A DNA stretch of 64,000 nucleotides from Trichoplax adhaerens (GCF_000150275.1 NW_002060945.1:6687607-6751606), one strand, 5' to 3'. Counted from the stretch's first letter, positions 12,162 through 26,164 are shown. Notes: generated from the sequence alone by a model not told the origin. Program-made: numbers and translations.

Positions 12162-15100
12162 CTTGATTTCTGCAAATAGATACGAGTTCGTATTAAAATT
12201 GAGAATATGGAACGATAGTATAATAGCTTCAACAGTGAGACCCCTATAATCTTAAGAAGGATGACGGCGTAGACGTAAGTAGACTAGCGGAGTAGTGGTG
12301 TCAAGGATTACATTTAAACAAGTTATCTAACTTGTTTACAGCATAACGATTGCGCACAACATCACTTAACACGTTCAAAAGTTAATATGAGAATAAATCT
12401 CTATGATTAATATTATATTCTACGAAGCTGAAATCAACATACTTAGATTTTGGTATTATTTAAGTTATATCTAATTTGCTGCTACGTATCATGTTGATAA
12501 CAACAGCTTCACTACAACTTTATGGTCCTAAGTTACAATATGCGAAGAACCGTTGCTCGTTAATACCAGTCAGAACTGATTAATTTAATTACAATGATCG
12601 TTCCTATATATCATGGCCACTTTAGCATGGTGCAATTATTACTATTCTAATCAAGTATTTCGATGAACGACTATGGCTTATTGCCTGCTTGGAATAAAAC
12701 TAGCGAACAACAAGCTACATGAGATAATTCATTCACAAAATCATCGCAGAGCTAAGCTTTATAATACCTTTCTATGGAGCCTATAATTTAATGAAGTTAT
12801 GATTAGCATGAGCGGCCACAAGAATGAATCCAATCACTTTTAAATATTCTAAATAAAGGGCAAGTATCCCAATATTGTTTGTATTGAAGTTAATTAATAT
12901 TATTAAAATATAAGTATTTGTTTCTTTAAGCGATATCTTCCTGCATTCTAACGATTACTGACATCGACGTGTGATTTTTGTTTTAACTTGGATCGAATAC
13001 GGAATAAACCAATGTGAAATCTACTACCGCTATTCCTATTTGTTTCGCGATATAGATAATTTCGACGACGTCGAAAACTGAACAAGATGATTGGTGTTCA
13101 AATCTGAATTTAGAGAAACTAAATTTTACCAATAATAAAAAGTAAACAATTTAGACATGCAATTAACTGACTATGCATGACTATCGATGAAGTTAGGTAA
13201 ATTTTAATTACATATTTCGATTTCTATAAAGTAGATCAGACTACCAACAAAATCAGTCTGGATTACTTCGCCAGAACAATATGCATCTTGGTAGAGCTTA
13301 CATGGATCTAGTTGGTTTAGAAGTTATGTACGCGTATGCGAGCATTATAAAAGCTTTAAATGTCGTTGTCAGTAGTCAAATTACAATCAATTACTCAGTT
13401 AATAAGAATAAATCTACGTGTACACCATAGAAATATATTTACTTCTTTATATGAACGCACTATTTAGTGATTATTGATAACATTTACTTGCCATCCTGCT
13501 ATAGAAGTAGACTATATTAATTTAGTTATTAATGTAGTTGAAATAAAGAGAACTGCTAATACTATCGGTTGTCGTTACTAATTATACATCTCGGTGATTA
13601 CGAATGAAGGATTTCAAATGGTACAATTGACAATTCTTGTAACAAGTAATCGTTTTATCGTTTCAAGGAGTGTAAGAAACTGAATCACATTATTGCAGAC
13701 ATTTTACGGTGAAGCTTCGCTTAAACGGAGTTAAAATTAGGACCGGCATAATATCCATATTAAAGTTTATCATCAGACTAGTCTTTACCAAAAAAAAAGT
13801 ATGTCTAGTATTGCATTAATGATCTACGTACCAGATTTGATAGAGCAGTCTCTAGAATATTTTTAACGGGCAACAGCGTATATTTGGCAGTCCGAAATAA
13901 CTTGTAACAAAATGCTAGTTGTATTGGAATACGATATTTAGCAATGTCTTAATTATAATTAATTACCGTACCAACATAACTATAATCTTCGTGTTACTTA
14001 CGTTAGTCAATTACCATTGATAGTTAATTGGTAAAATTAAACGGGCACGTCACTATTAACTTTATTTCTCGCTAAGTAAATAACTGCTAATAGATTAGAT
14101 TATTTTAAACGAGAGTACCATATCGTAGTATTGTTCTGATTTTCTTGCCATACTATCTTCTCGTGGATGTATATTAAGATTAATTATTGATTAGTTTGTT
14201 GCAATTTGTGTTGAATATTAAAATCAATGTTTACTTTTAACGCTATTAGATTCAGCAGTAAATTGCATAGCATATAATAGCAGAGTTTTGAAGTATATTT
14301 CAGCCGATTACTTTTGACGAATAACAAAAAGGTCGCTTGCAAGCTATTTAATTATACAGTAAATTCTATTGAGGAATTAATCACTCAAATACCTGTTACC
14401 ATTCATTCCATATACAGTACTGTATAGCATGCAATCGATCGTTTAATTAATTGTGATGTTGTTGGCTATTCCTAATAATTACAAGAAATTTTGAATCATG
14501 TTTCACCCAGGTTCACTAGTATATCGATCGGAATACACAAGTATTTTGTTGCTTACAAGCACGCACGCTGCCCCAGCAGTAGTATCCTGTACCGATATAC
14601 ATTGCAAGATGGATAAATAAATAGGAATAAACTCTATTTTTGTTATTTGTATGTGCTATCCTTATGCTAGCCTATTACACAGATTGTTGAACATCTCGGA
14701 ATAATTATTATCATATATAGGAGAAATCTGAAAAGTAAAGTATAATTTATCAATATTAAAATTGGATATAAATAATTTACGGATTGTAATGTAATCGTAT
14801 GTAATCGAAAAAGTCTTCCTTAATATAAAAAATTTATTGTGTATCGAAATAGGTATAGTATCATCATAAGATCATTACTAGCTTAATGCTGCAGCTTATT
14901 AGGGATTCTATTAAATCGTAATGCACCAAATTGCAAAATATTCTAGATTTTATTCAATTTCTACAATTTTCTTAAGCCATCAAAAGATCTTAACTGATTA
15001 ATCAGTCCTATAAGATTTTTAGATCATTTAAACGCAATTTCCAGATCAATACTGTTCGCGCTTTGAGCTAGGTAGCTTATATAATTTTATATCAATTCTT

Positions 15101-15325
15101 GAATGGTGACAATTATTGGTACTGTACGTATAATATCCTAGTGCCAATAAACTACTTTACAAAATTTTTATTACTTTTCCTAACATTGTATTCTCTAGCT
15201 TTCTAGATTAGGTTAGAACACGTATATTGACATAAGAAATTACATATATCTCCTTGCTAAAATACTCTAAATTATGTCATCTGTATAATACTGGTGCACG
15301 TAATTAGCCAGGCCTAATTCTTTCT

Positions 15326-16675
15326 TTAATTAAATATCTTAATGCAGGTGGCTAACAGAAAGGATGCTAAGTATAGCAAAGCAGAACCCATGGTCATTCC
15401 AGCTGCAGACCCTGTTTGGCCTTGAGTTGCCACGGTAGCAGCCACACCTGTTGGAAGTGTGCATGTAGACGCAGTTACTCCAGCCAACTTATAGGCCTCA
15501 CCGGGAGGCATACATACAGTTGCGCCGCTTGAATCAGGATAATTCGCACAATTATAGACTGAGCTCAGGCTATTTTGAAGGACACTTGGCAAGCTATGAA
15601 TGAAGATAAAAAGTAAGAGTTAAAAATAGACTGCAATCATAGGAATGTAGTTCAAAATTGATGTTATACACCTATTATATATATTAATAGAAAAATTCGA
15701 AATCTACGAATATTGGATGCACTCTGGGCTTACCAATTGATAGCAGCTTGACACTGTTGCCTAGTCACAGCAGTAAGTTGCTTAGATTTGTCGCTACTAC
15801 AGAATGGAGTCAAAACGCAAACCATATTAGTCCATTTAGCTCTACAACTATTGCTAACTCCCCCGGTAGAGAAAGTTGTTTGTAGCGCACTAATTGCTGC
15901 GCCTAGAGTAGCCATATTTTGCAGTAAATAATTTGGAAAAGTAATGTTTGCCGGTAATGCTCCACAATATTGAGAGTTCAACGTTGATCCACTAAATTTA
16001 GAACACGTTATCAAACTAAATGTTCTTCCCGATTGCTTACAGTATTGTGAAAATGATTGGCTACCAATGTTAGGGATGTTAATGACACCGCAAGAGCTTA
16101 GTGACGTACATGCGCTTTGAAAATTTCCAAAGGTAGCTGTTGAAGAATCAGAGGAACACCGGGGAAGAGCTCCTTGGCAGAGAATGGTCTTTAGTGCATT
16201 AGTACAAGTGCTACCTAATGTTTGTTGCAATAGAGAAAAGCTGGCCTGGAGTGTAGAAAATATAGGACCAATACTATTAACATAAGTGGCTGGTGAGTTA
16301 TAATCAGTGCCACAAAATGATCTGGCGGAACTGGGCAATCTTTTACATCCAGCAGAATTGCCGCTTATCCAAGCGACGATAGGTTGAGTACTTCGGATTT
16401 GTCTAATATGCTCAACTACCTAAATAGAGCATAATCGATGAATTACATTTATTAGTTAAAAATATAACTCTAAAATCGATACTGCACTATGTCATTGATG
16501 CAGAAATGAACAAACTTATATCAAATTAGATATAGAATAAGAGTATCTACTCGCGCTTAAAATATTCGAAATACTTCACATCCATAGCCAACTGTTTTTC
16601 GTCTTTCAATGCTTCTCCTCTATTTGTAGTTGTAGCCAAAAGGATAGCAAGTGTGAATAAGATCGATTTCAACAT
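15326..16675 (-). CDS. Family copy C; exons 2 and 3 intact, exon 1 one base short at the donor (possible pseudogene)
   Basis: Exons 16675-16551 (MLKSILFTLAILLATTTNRGEALKDEKQLAMDVKYFEYFKR), 16419-15734 (VVEHIRQIRSTQP...AAIN-tg) and 15593-15326 (c-LPSVLQ...SALLYLASFLLATCIKIFN*). All 16 core Cys are present. Exon 1 is 125 nt versus 126 nt in copy B. Confidence 0.7.
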
Positions 16676-17625
16676 CTTGATTTCTGCAAAAAGATACGAA
16701 TTCGTATTAAAATTGAGGATATGAAGGATTTGACACAGAAAATTAAAACATTCTGCAAAAGATTTGACCTATATTAAACTGCCCTTTATCAACTTTCAAT
16801 ATTTTTAATTTAAAGTAATCATACCAGTGGAAAAATTTGTCTAGCTAATAGAAATACAATCTTATATCATTTTCTATTAATCACTATTTGAAAATCTTTA
16901 ACATACTCCTACTGTCACAAATGGATAGATGTTTTTCAAAATCGGTCGTAAATTGAAATCGACCAATATAGCTAGGAATGATTCCTTCTTAATTAATAAG
17001 CAAATTATGATGGCTTTACTCACTAATTTTATAAATCTTTCAAGCCGGTCACGGATTAAAGTCTACTATGACACTACTGCGTCTGATTATGCGTTAAAGA
17101 GTAAAATTATTATGCCTATGCAAAGTATTTTTACATCATTGCAGTACAAATTTTAAGGACTTTATTACTCTTGATATTACATTTTACCATTGCAATGGCA
17201 ATTTCGACAAGAATAGGGATCCATTATGATTGAATCAAGATCATTGATAATGTAGTTTGTAGTAAAATTGTGGTATTAAATGAGTCTATATCAAGTAATA
17301 CGTGAGATCGCATTGGACGAAAGCGGCAATATTTCACAAAAAGGAATTGGCGATGTAGGGCACCTGAAAGTTTCAACTACTAGAAAGTAAATATTAATAA
17401 TTTATTGCAGCTGGTAATACTTAGTGTAAGGTGGCGTGCTACATTTTTTAGACGTTCTTTGCAGCTCTTAACGATACTATTATTGCATTCCTGTGGAGCA
17501 TTCTAGATAATATTTAACTTATTATCGTAGAAAAGATGAGAAATTCCTAATCATTGACATGTTAATCGCAGTATTAACGGTTTACTATACTCAGAAATAT
17601 TGTCTACTGATGATGCTATGTGCAT

Positions 17626-17790
17626 TATATATATATATATGTTACGGCCATTCCTAAGAATGATTTTGTCCTTAAAATTGGTCACGGCCAATGCTAAGAC
17701 TGCGGCCATTCTTAGAAATAACAATCAAATGACCGGTCATTCCTAGGAATAATGGACCATTCCTAAGATTGGCCGGAAATTCTTATAAGA
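17626..17790. repeat. (TA)n tract followed by ~5-6 degenerate copies of CGGCCATTCCTAAGA
   Basis: Copies at 17645, 17685, 17703, 17734 and 17753, with a partial copy near 17771; spacing is irregular. Confidence 0.8.
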
Positions 17791-20700
17791 ATTATAAATA
17801 AATTCAATCTAGTGAGATAGAAGACATTGGTAAAAGGCTATAAAGCCAATTTAAATTAAAACAGATGAGATCTAGCTCCTATTCACGTAAAAAATTTTAC
17901 TTATAAAAGATATTGATTAACAGAACCATGTGCGAGCTGATTAGTTATCTAGAAAAAACTTATCTCAAGCGGTATTTATGTCAAGCTATGATAACTTTAA
18001 AGTTAAAGATGTCGAAAATCTTCGTGCGGAATAAAAAGAACGAAATTGAATTGGCTTACCTTTGAACTTGGTACGACTAAGTCTTCTTTAAATAGATTAT
18101 AGCGTAGTTATTGAAACCTTATATAGAGCGCAGTTATTTGGAACTGATTAGTTTAACACTATTCATCAGAATACATAACCAGTACTTTATTGCCGAGTAC
18201 ATTCCTTTGATGACCTAATGGTATGACAACAATTCATGAGCTATAACGTAATTCTCATCATTTCGATAATATCTGTTTGTTTTCTGCTAATTTTCTGATA
18301 GGTCATTAATCCTATTGGTTGTCATCTATCTCATTATGCACTCGAACTTAGCAACTCCAATATAAGCAATAAAGGACGAGATTATTCTTCCAATTCTGTT
18401 AACCACACCTAGTGTTAACCACACCCTATGTTAGGACTTCCTCTATTTATTCTAAGATGCAGAACAAATTCTTTAACGATAAAATTAGCAATTCATTATT
18501 TATGAATTTTACTTAGAATGCATAGATACGACACTTATCTGTACTACTTGTGTTTATGCTAAAACTAGTACTATTCAATCTTCCGCATAAAACAAAACTT
18601 TTATAATTAAGTTGATACTTTATTTACTTTATTCTGCCACTAATAACTACTAAGTATTGATTAAATAACACAGAAACGACAGATATAATTTCATGGATTA
18701 GCTATTACAGCATCAGACATTATAGCGAGGTAATGACAACAAATTACAGCTATAATTATCATTGAGAGCAGTCCTTAACAGTTTTTATAATTAATCATTC
18801 CACATCTAATTGCATGTCCTTGATCCTAACTCGTATATTCTTACACGAATCAAGATATCAATATGATCTGCCTATGTATGAATTCATGGAAAAATCTCAA
18901 GTTGATGAAGTAGCAACACCATATTTATTAGTTAGTATGTAGACCACAGAATCTTTTGTCTATCTCGAAAGGCTAAGCAATGATTTTGGATCTAGTTTCT
19001 TCAACAAAATTCAATTTTCAAAAACGTGATAAAATACTTAATAATGATGCCGCATTTTTGTACGGTAATTGTTGTCTGTACCTATACCGCATTGAAAAAT
19101 GGATAATAATTGATAGTCTCAATAATTGCCTCCATTACCCGAAATAAAATGCGACAATTTGAACATGAACTGACATAGAGCCAAGGTTAGCGATATTATC
19201 AATGAGAATGGAATGCTGTGTTAAGATAGTCTGTCTTGTGACCTATTAAGATAATATAACAATACTTTTCTATATATTCGTGTTTGTATATATGCATACT
19301 TATCATCGTGTAATTCAGACTTATTGATAGGAACATTAGTAAATTGAAAATTAAAGAAAACTTGAAAAAATTTCGATAGCTAAGTAACAGCGCATAATTA
19401 CCTAATTTTAAATTTAAATTAAGACATATGGAATCTCAATTGGATCTTTTACCAAAGCGTTTTAGCAAAGGAAACAATTTTTTGTGGAAAATGGCAAAGT
19501 ATCAGCAAGATCAAGATTATAGGAAACATGACAAAATTACCACATTCAGTGAAACGACCATCTTAAGGTAATTTAAATGGCATTGAAGCGTACTGCAAAG
19601 ATAGCAAAGTTTAGATATTTCCGAACTAAAATAGGGTTTGAGCCAAAACACTTATCTCCTAGAACTTACAATCTTTTTGAGTTCTTGCATTAGTCAATTG
19701 ACGTACTCTAGTCCTTAGCTCTCCTGAATCATTTTGCAATGGCTTATATCTTGATATCTTTGCATTTAATTTAGATATATCACTTGATTTGAGCCTATTT
19801 TATTTAATTTTGGAAATGTGCTAATTAAATTTATCATCTAGAATTGTAAACTAAGGCTTGAAATTAATTCAAGATCATCCAACAAAGTAAATAATATCTT
19901 AGCCATGCCTTTTAGCATAAAGAACATGAGGTACAGTACTAATATATTGAAATGCATTTAACGTTTTACTTATTCACTTAGTATTTCCTGTTACTACTAT
20001 CGTTCATTTTCCTTTAATTGATGACAGTATCCCAGAGTTTGTATTAACAATTATTTTGAGATCTATAACTCAAAACAAGGATAAAGTAGGCGATCATATG
20101 CAATTCCTTAAACTTTAACATGGTTTTACCACCTAGTTAACATGCTAATCGCTATATCTTGTGTACAACAAATTATATTATGATAAAAATTCATAAATAA
20201 GTATCGCTTTAAACTTGCTCTCCATAAATCATGCATATAATTGTCGAGGTAAACTATTAGATAGATAAATAGGAGTAATCCAATTATCAGATCTCAATTA
20301 GATCGATAGCTGTTAAAATATTTTCAGTAATTTCACGTCTTGAACTACTACTGACAATTCACGAGCTCGATTAAACTTACTGCGGCACCTAGGTAGGCAT
20401 TTTAGAAGAACTTAAAAATAATAAAATTATACATAAGTTTAAAGAGGGATGAATAACTACCTAATATACTACTAATTAAATATCGAACACAAAACTATGA
20501 ACTTAATAATAAGTATAAACATTTAATCTATTTATCAATATTAACTCATCTTTGAAAGTTATAGAATCAGTTCAAAATTTGCTCGGCTTATTAATTTAAT
20601 AACGATTGATAACATTTGCTAACCTCTTACAAGACGAAGCGTCTATGACAGACTGATACAGATTACGAAATATGATTACTGTATATCGTAACCTTCAATG

Positions 20701-23152
20701 GGAGAATTGAGTTGAATTTTAAACACAGTTTACGCTTTAATTTAAGGATAGAATTGATTTATGAAATCAAATTTGAAACTGCCATAATTACCGCTTGACA
20801 GATTATGCAATATAACTTCAATGTAATGTATATGGCCTACAGTACATATCGAATCCCTAAATAGAAGAATCAAATTCAACTTCAAGTACGATAGTCTGTC
20901 ATTTAATTTTAAGGATACCATTTGATTTGCTTAACCAACTAGGAACTATTATATCCAGCTAAGTATCTCAATCTAACAACGAATACCAATAATGTTATCA
21001 TAGAATTATTTTTTTAGTAAACTTCTCTACTTAGCAATTCATAACCTGGAAAATTTTGATCACTATGCAGCATATCTTGCAATGAACAGGTGGTATGATA
21101 TATGATTATACGGATTAGATATTAAATTTAATTTAATTGACAATTCTATCGAAAAATATATGTAAGGTATAGAAATTGCAGCTTGTAGCACACTAAGTAC
21201 GGTAATTTGAGGTTGGCATAAGGGTTTCTATATCCAAAAATATGATTTTAAAGATGGTCCGACTTTAAAGCTATGGCGATCTTGTCTCAATCATTTGCTC
21301 TTAGCGCAAATATGAGAGACAACCAATCATATAACAGACATTCTCTAACTTCTACGCTGAAAGATCATCATAAGCTGTGTTCAATGACACCTTCCATTTA
21401 TGCAATTGCCTAGCTATAATTAATTAAACTATCTTCTATAGATGATTGAAATGCAGCCCCAAATATAGCTAGGATTATGATTGTAAGACTGCACGAGAGT
21501 AGTAATACTCGTTTGTTAGATTATATGATTTTGAAGATATCTATTTGTAGCAGAGGTTTATATACGTATTGGCTTGATACTATTGAGATGTTTATATTAA
21601 GACTTCATGATAGTAATAGATAGCGATAATTATGTTAGTACTGTGAAAGTTGCATTGCGGCGCTTTAATTAGACGCGTAAATAATGAATAGCTCGCGTGA
21701 TGATAAAGTGTTATCTTACGACTTAATTGGCAAGATATGATTACAATGTGTAAAATTCATTCTGTAACAAAGGGTATATAAACCGCGAGCTTTCGCTGTA
21801 AAAGATAATCCAGAGATAGTCCTATTGAAGCTAGATAGTCCTTGGTAGTTATGAGACGAATCTGATCCTATGTAATGAAGTGAAGTTTACAAGAAACAGT
21901 GGTTTGTGTTGTATTTTTGAGAAGACACTTTATCACAATGATATAGATTGATGTAGTAGTAAAGATTATGTCTTTGCTCTGCAAGTAAGAATTGTTACAT
22001 CTACGACGTATTCATGGTCCCTGAATACGATAAATAAGTTGTACAGTAATTTCAGCAAATCATAGTAGTAACATGAAGTTTGTTAGCGCGAAGGAATTAC
22101 AAAACCCATCCATTACTAAACATTACTAGTAGAGAATCTCTTTTTTATCTTTTCTCGACATTATAAACTATACTACTAATCATAATAAACGATCATAACC
22201 AAGATATGTATATATATAAAAAAATATGACGACTACTTAGACTAACTATAAGTATTAAAAAGAGTTCATGATAAAGAACACTATTTTAGTAATAGTGTAA
22301 GTCATTCATTTCCATTTTCTCAAAACTATAGAGTTTAATTAGTAATATTGATGCAAAACTGCAGCAAATGAACATCCAGTAAATCACGCTGTAATAGTGA
22401 TTAGAAAATTTAACGTTAAAAGCGTTTAAATTTAAAGTTTAAATTGCTTTAAAAATTAATCAGTCCTTCTTTGCAAAATGTTCATACCAACTCCTATGTA
22501 TACTGCTATTGTGCGTTTCTTTTACCATTACCTAATGACATTCTTACTCTGATTAAACTGCCTCAAGTTAATGGTTTATAGTACGGAGATAAAAATATAT
22601 CTGGTAGATCTCAAAAGTGGTTTTTAGACCATAATAGTTTAAGAAGTAATTGAAACATTCTTTAGCCAAAATTTTTAATTTCCATTGATTTTCAATGGTA
22701 ATAGATAATCGATAGGCAAAATTGAGCTAATCATCGCTTAATAATGTGCAGTAATTATTATCACAAAATAAATATAGCAATGCAAACAGTTCAGCTAGAT
22801 CAATTTATTACATATGTAATTACATCAGCTGAATGATATTAATTGATTCTAGGTATAAACTATTCATTTAATAAAGCTATCCGAATTTTACGAAATCTTA
22901 AAATATTATTAAAACTGGAAAGCTAGAAATTAAACACATGTATACAAATACAGGAATACCGAAGCCTACTTCAATTCTCGTTAAACAAATACTAGTAAAT
23001 TAAATATTCATTCCTTTCATCAGATGTATGGTGAGGACATCTAACTGTGGAATAATACATTAATCATCGAATTTATATCCTTATATCTAAGACTTGCTAT
23101 CAATACTTTTAATTTAAGATTAAGCAAGAAAGATTTACTAATCGTTTTTTGA

Positions 23153-25196
23153 CTACTTTTTCACCACACTCGTATAATATATCATGCAGAAAGATGCTTT
23201 AGATAAAAAAGCTAAAAGAGAACAAATTACGTAAAATAGGAAAGATCCAAGGACAACTGTGGATGCATGGTTAGTATGTTTTTGGCTGGAGGGACCATTG
23301 ATTTGGCTAGGAGGAGCATTGGTTTGGCCACAAGGATTATAAACTGGCGCTTTTTGATCAGGAAACATATGGCAGTCAATAATGTCTCTGAAAGCTGCTT
23401 GAGAAGTGCTTGATAAACTAGACCAAGCAGAAATATGATCTTAGAGATGATGATTTGTCCGTTCGATTAGGTAAACAAAAATGAAAAATATACACTTTGC
23501 AGTATGAAAATTCTCTCTTCTTGATCGAACGTATTAATATTACTACTATAACGATTAGTTACTTACCAATTAACAGCAGAATTGCACTCTTGCCTACTTA
23601 CTGAACCAAGCAGTTTCTTTTTATGGCTGCTACAAAATGGCACTTTGTGACACAAGAGACTTATCCACTTATTAGTGCAGCTAGCTGAAACTCCACTGCT
23701 CTGTAAATCTGATACAGCCTTACTGATAGCAGAATCTTCATTCGGTAGATTAGGTATCAACCAAGTTGGAAAGGTAATATTGACAGGCAATGCTTGGCAA
23801 TAGAGCGAATTGAGCGAGCTCGCCTATATTTTGCACATGTTGTTAAACTGATAGTTTTTCCTGACATACGACATATCTGATTCTGCGATTGGCTGACTGA
23901 ATTTCTAATGCTGGCCGGACATGCACTAAGCTTACTGCAGCTACTAGCAAAGTTTGCATACGTAGCAGTAGAAGAATCACTAGAGCATCTCGGATAAACT
24001 CTATTACATATAAGGCTCTTTATAGCACTACTGCAGGTATTTCCTATTATCTCTTCTACACGAGAGAAAACGTTTGCTACAGCTTCTACAGATTTTTGGT
24101 TTCGTTTACTCATGATTGTTGGAGCATGATAGTTTATATCGCAAAAATTTCTGACAATCCCATTTGGTAAACTACATGAATTTATATTGCTTTCCACATA
24201 ACTCTTTGCAAAAGTTATTAAGCTCCTTCTGTCTCTAATTTCCTGCAAAAGCAATAAAATCTTATATCACATAAAAATTACCGTTATCAAAATCATCATG
24301 TAATAGAGCTGCATAGAAACGTTTCTCTTTTCTTCGTATAACCTACTTAAAGTTATGTACTGAATTGCCGCTGGAAATAAGTTTTGGTCAAAGCTAAGAA
24401 TACTGCAATCGCTTAAAGCATAAATTCAATCAACTGGTAAAGATCTGTTCTTTATGTCATAAATTAACTACGGTAATTTTCAAGCTTCATTTCTACATCG
24501 AATTTCTCAAGTGAATAAGGATTGCAGTACAATTCTCGCAGTAATATACGTGTTATAATCGTATGTAAGCAAGAAATTCTTCTTCCTATCGATATTTTAT
24601 ATATATTTACCAAACATCGACCGTGTATAACTAACTAGAACAGATTACAAAGTGTATCGGTTTATGGATTACCAATTCCTGATTAAAATGTATGTTTAGC
24701 ATTTTACATTTTTAAATACCTGAAAAGCATTTTAGAAGGGATAACTATTTACATAGCTAAGGATGCAATAATTTAAGCGTTGCTATACACTAAAAGAAAG
24801 ATTTACCCAAACAAGAAGATCTTCATAGTGAAACAATTATAAGAGTATACGTATATCCAAGAAAAAGTAATGGATGCTATCAATTGGATGTAATCATACA
24901 AACTACCGTTATTAGATCGACAAGGCAAAATTAAAAAATAAATTAATGAACTTAATCACCACACTCTTTCTATACAATAACAGTCAATATTCATGTAGAG
25001 CCCTCGTCAAATATCTTACTGTGATAGCAGCATTCTCTTCATCTTCCTTCTGCATATTGTGAATATCTTTAGCAATTAAACTCATGACATTATCTACCAA
25101 TTCATCATGTACTTTCATTACGCTCATGAATGGATGAAAGCCATCTGCATGATATAGGATAGAAAATATTATCAATACAGGACATTCCGCCTTCAT
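23153..25196 (-). pseudogene. Family copy D, single frameshift in exon 2 (probable pseudogene or sequence error)
   Basis: Exons 25196-25020, 24242-23567 and 23417-23153. A 1-nt deletion near 23821-23823 (agg cg agc tcg ctc aat) splits exon 2 into ORFs 23757-24254 and 23563-23790. Restoring the frame gives KYRxSSLNSLYCQALPVNITFPTW, matching copy E RYSMNSLNSFQCGTLPSNITFPTW. Confidence 0.8.
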
Positions 25197-26164
25197 CTTG
25201 ATCCAATTTTGAACGATCGAGCTGTCTATATCGAAAAATTGACGGTTTAACTGAAAATTTAAAAAGAATAACAATTATATACGCCAATAAAATATATAAT
25301 TTATTTTACAATAGTTGATTACCCTAACTTTAAATTGTGCACTCTTTTAATATAGTTAATCATATTATATTGCAATGTAAAACTTGACTATTTTCTTTGT
25401 CTTAAAATAAAATTAAAGAATTTTAAAAATAATACAATCAGTCTTTTTTTTAATATATTCTCTACGTACTTTCGCCTCTAGAAAGATGTCAATGATTTTC
25501 TTAATTAATTGTAATTATCTATAGTTCCATTACCCTACCGAAAGTGCACCAATATAGCATGAGATTAAGTCATGTTAAGAACGGATTCCATTCACATTTG
25601 GTACGGATTAGTTATACTGTATAAGAATTCATAGAAGAAGAATGACAGTAAGCTAAGGAGTCTTGCTATACAATGTTCAATTATTGCCTGATTAATCGCT
25701 TTAACCCACTGTATATAAGCCGGTTCATTTTCTAATAACAAAGGCATAATTTATAAATTTTATAGTTCTACTAAAGCTACGTCATAGTCGTTGAGTGCTA
25801 ATGATAAAATAGATTTATGCATAAAGCGAATATTGATATTTTGTCTATGCTTTCCAGTTGAAAATCAATTCGATCAATTACTTTATATATAATGTGGGAA
25901 GCAAACATAGCAGATCAGTTAATATTGTTGCACCGAAATTGATGCTTCCTTTGATATTATTAATATGAAAGCATACCACAAGCGTCTGTTTTCTCTAAAT
26001 CAAGGAATTCTTTAAAAAAAATCGACTAATTCTTATCCAGACACGTTGAATCATAGGCTATCACATAAAAGTTGTTTAATTCATAGGACAATAACTTGCT
26101 TGACAGTATTTATCTAAACGAGAGTGAGAGGACACACAAAAGATTAAGAATAAGAAGTCTGGTT

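Larger units (their letters stand above)
10125..16725. repeat. ~2.1 kb segmental duplication (about 10125-12215 and 14585-16725) carrying copies B and C
   Basis: Collinear similarity seen by eye across exons, both introns, the 5' flank (gatacgagttcgtattaaaattgag / gatacgaattcgtattaaaattgag) and ~700 bp of 3' flank (aacatctcgg..taattattatcat, atcatcataagat, cctataagatt). Confidence 0.9.

Noticed and set aside
17645-17790. Repeat-spacer appearance suggesting a CRISPR-like array
   Set aside because: Eukaryotic context, degenerate 15-bp repeats, very unequal short spacers and no cas genes.
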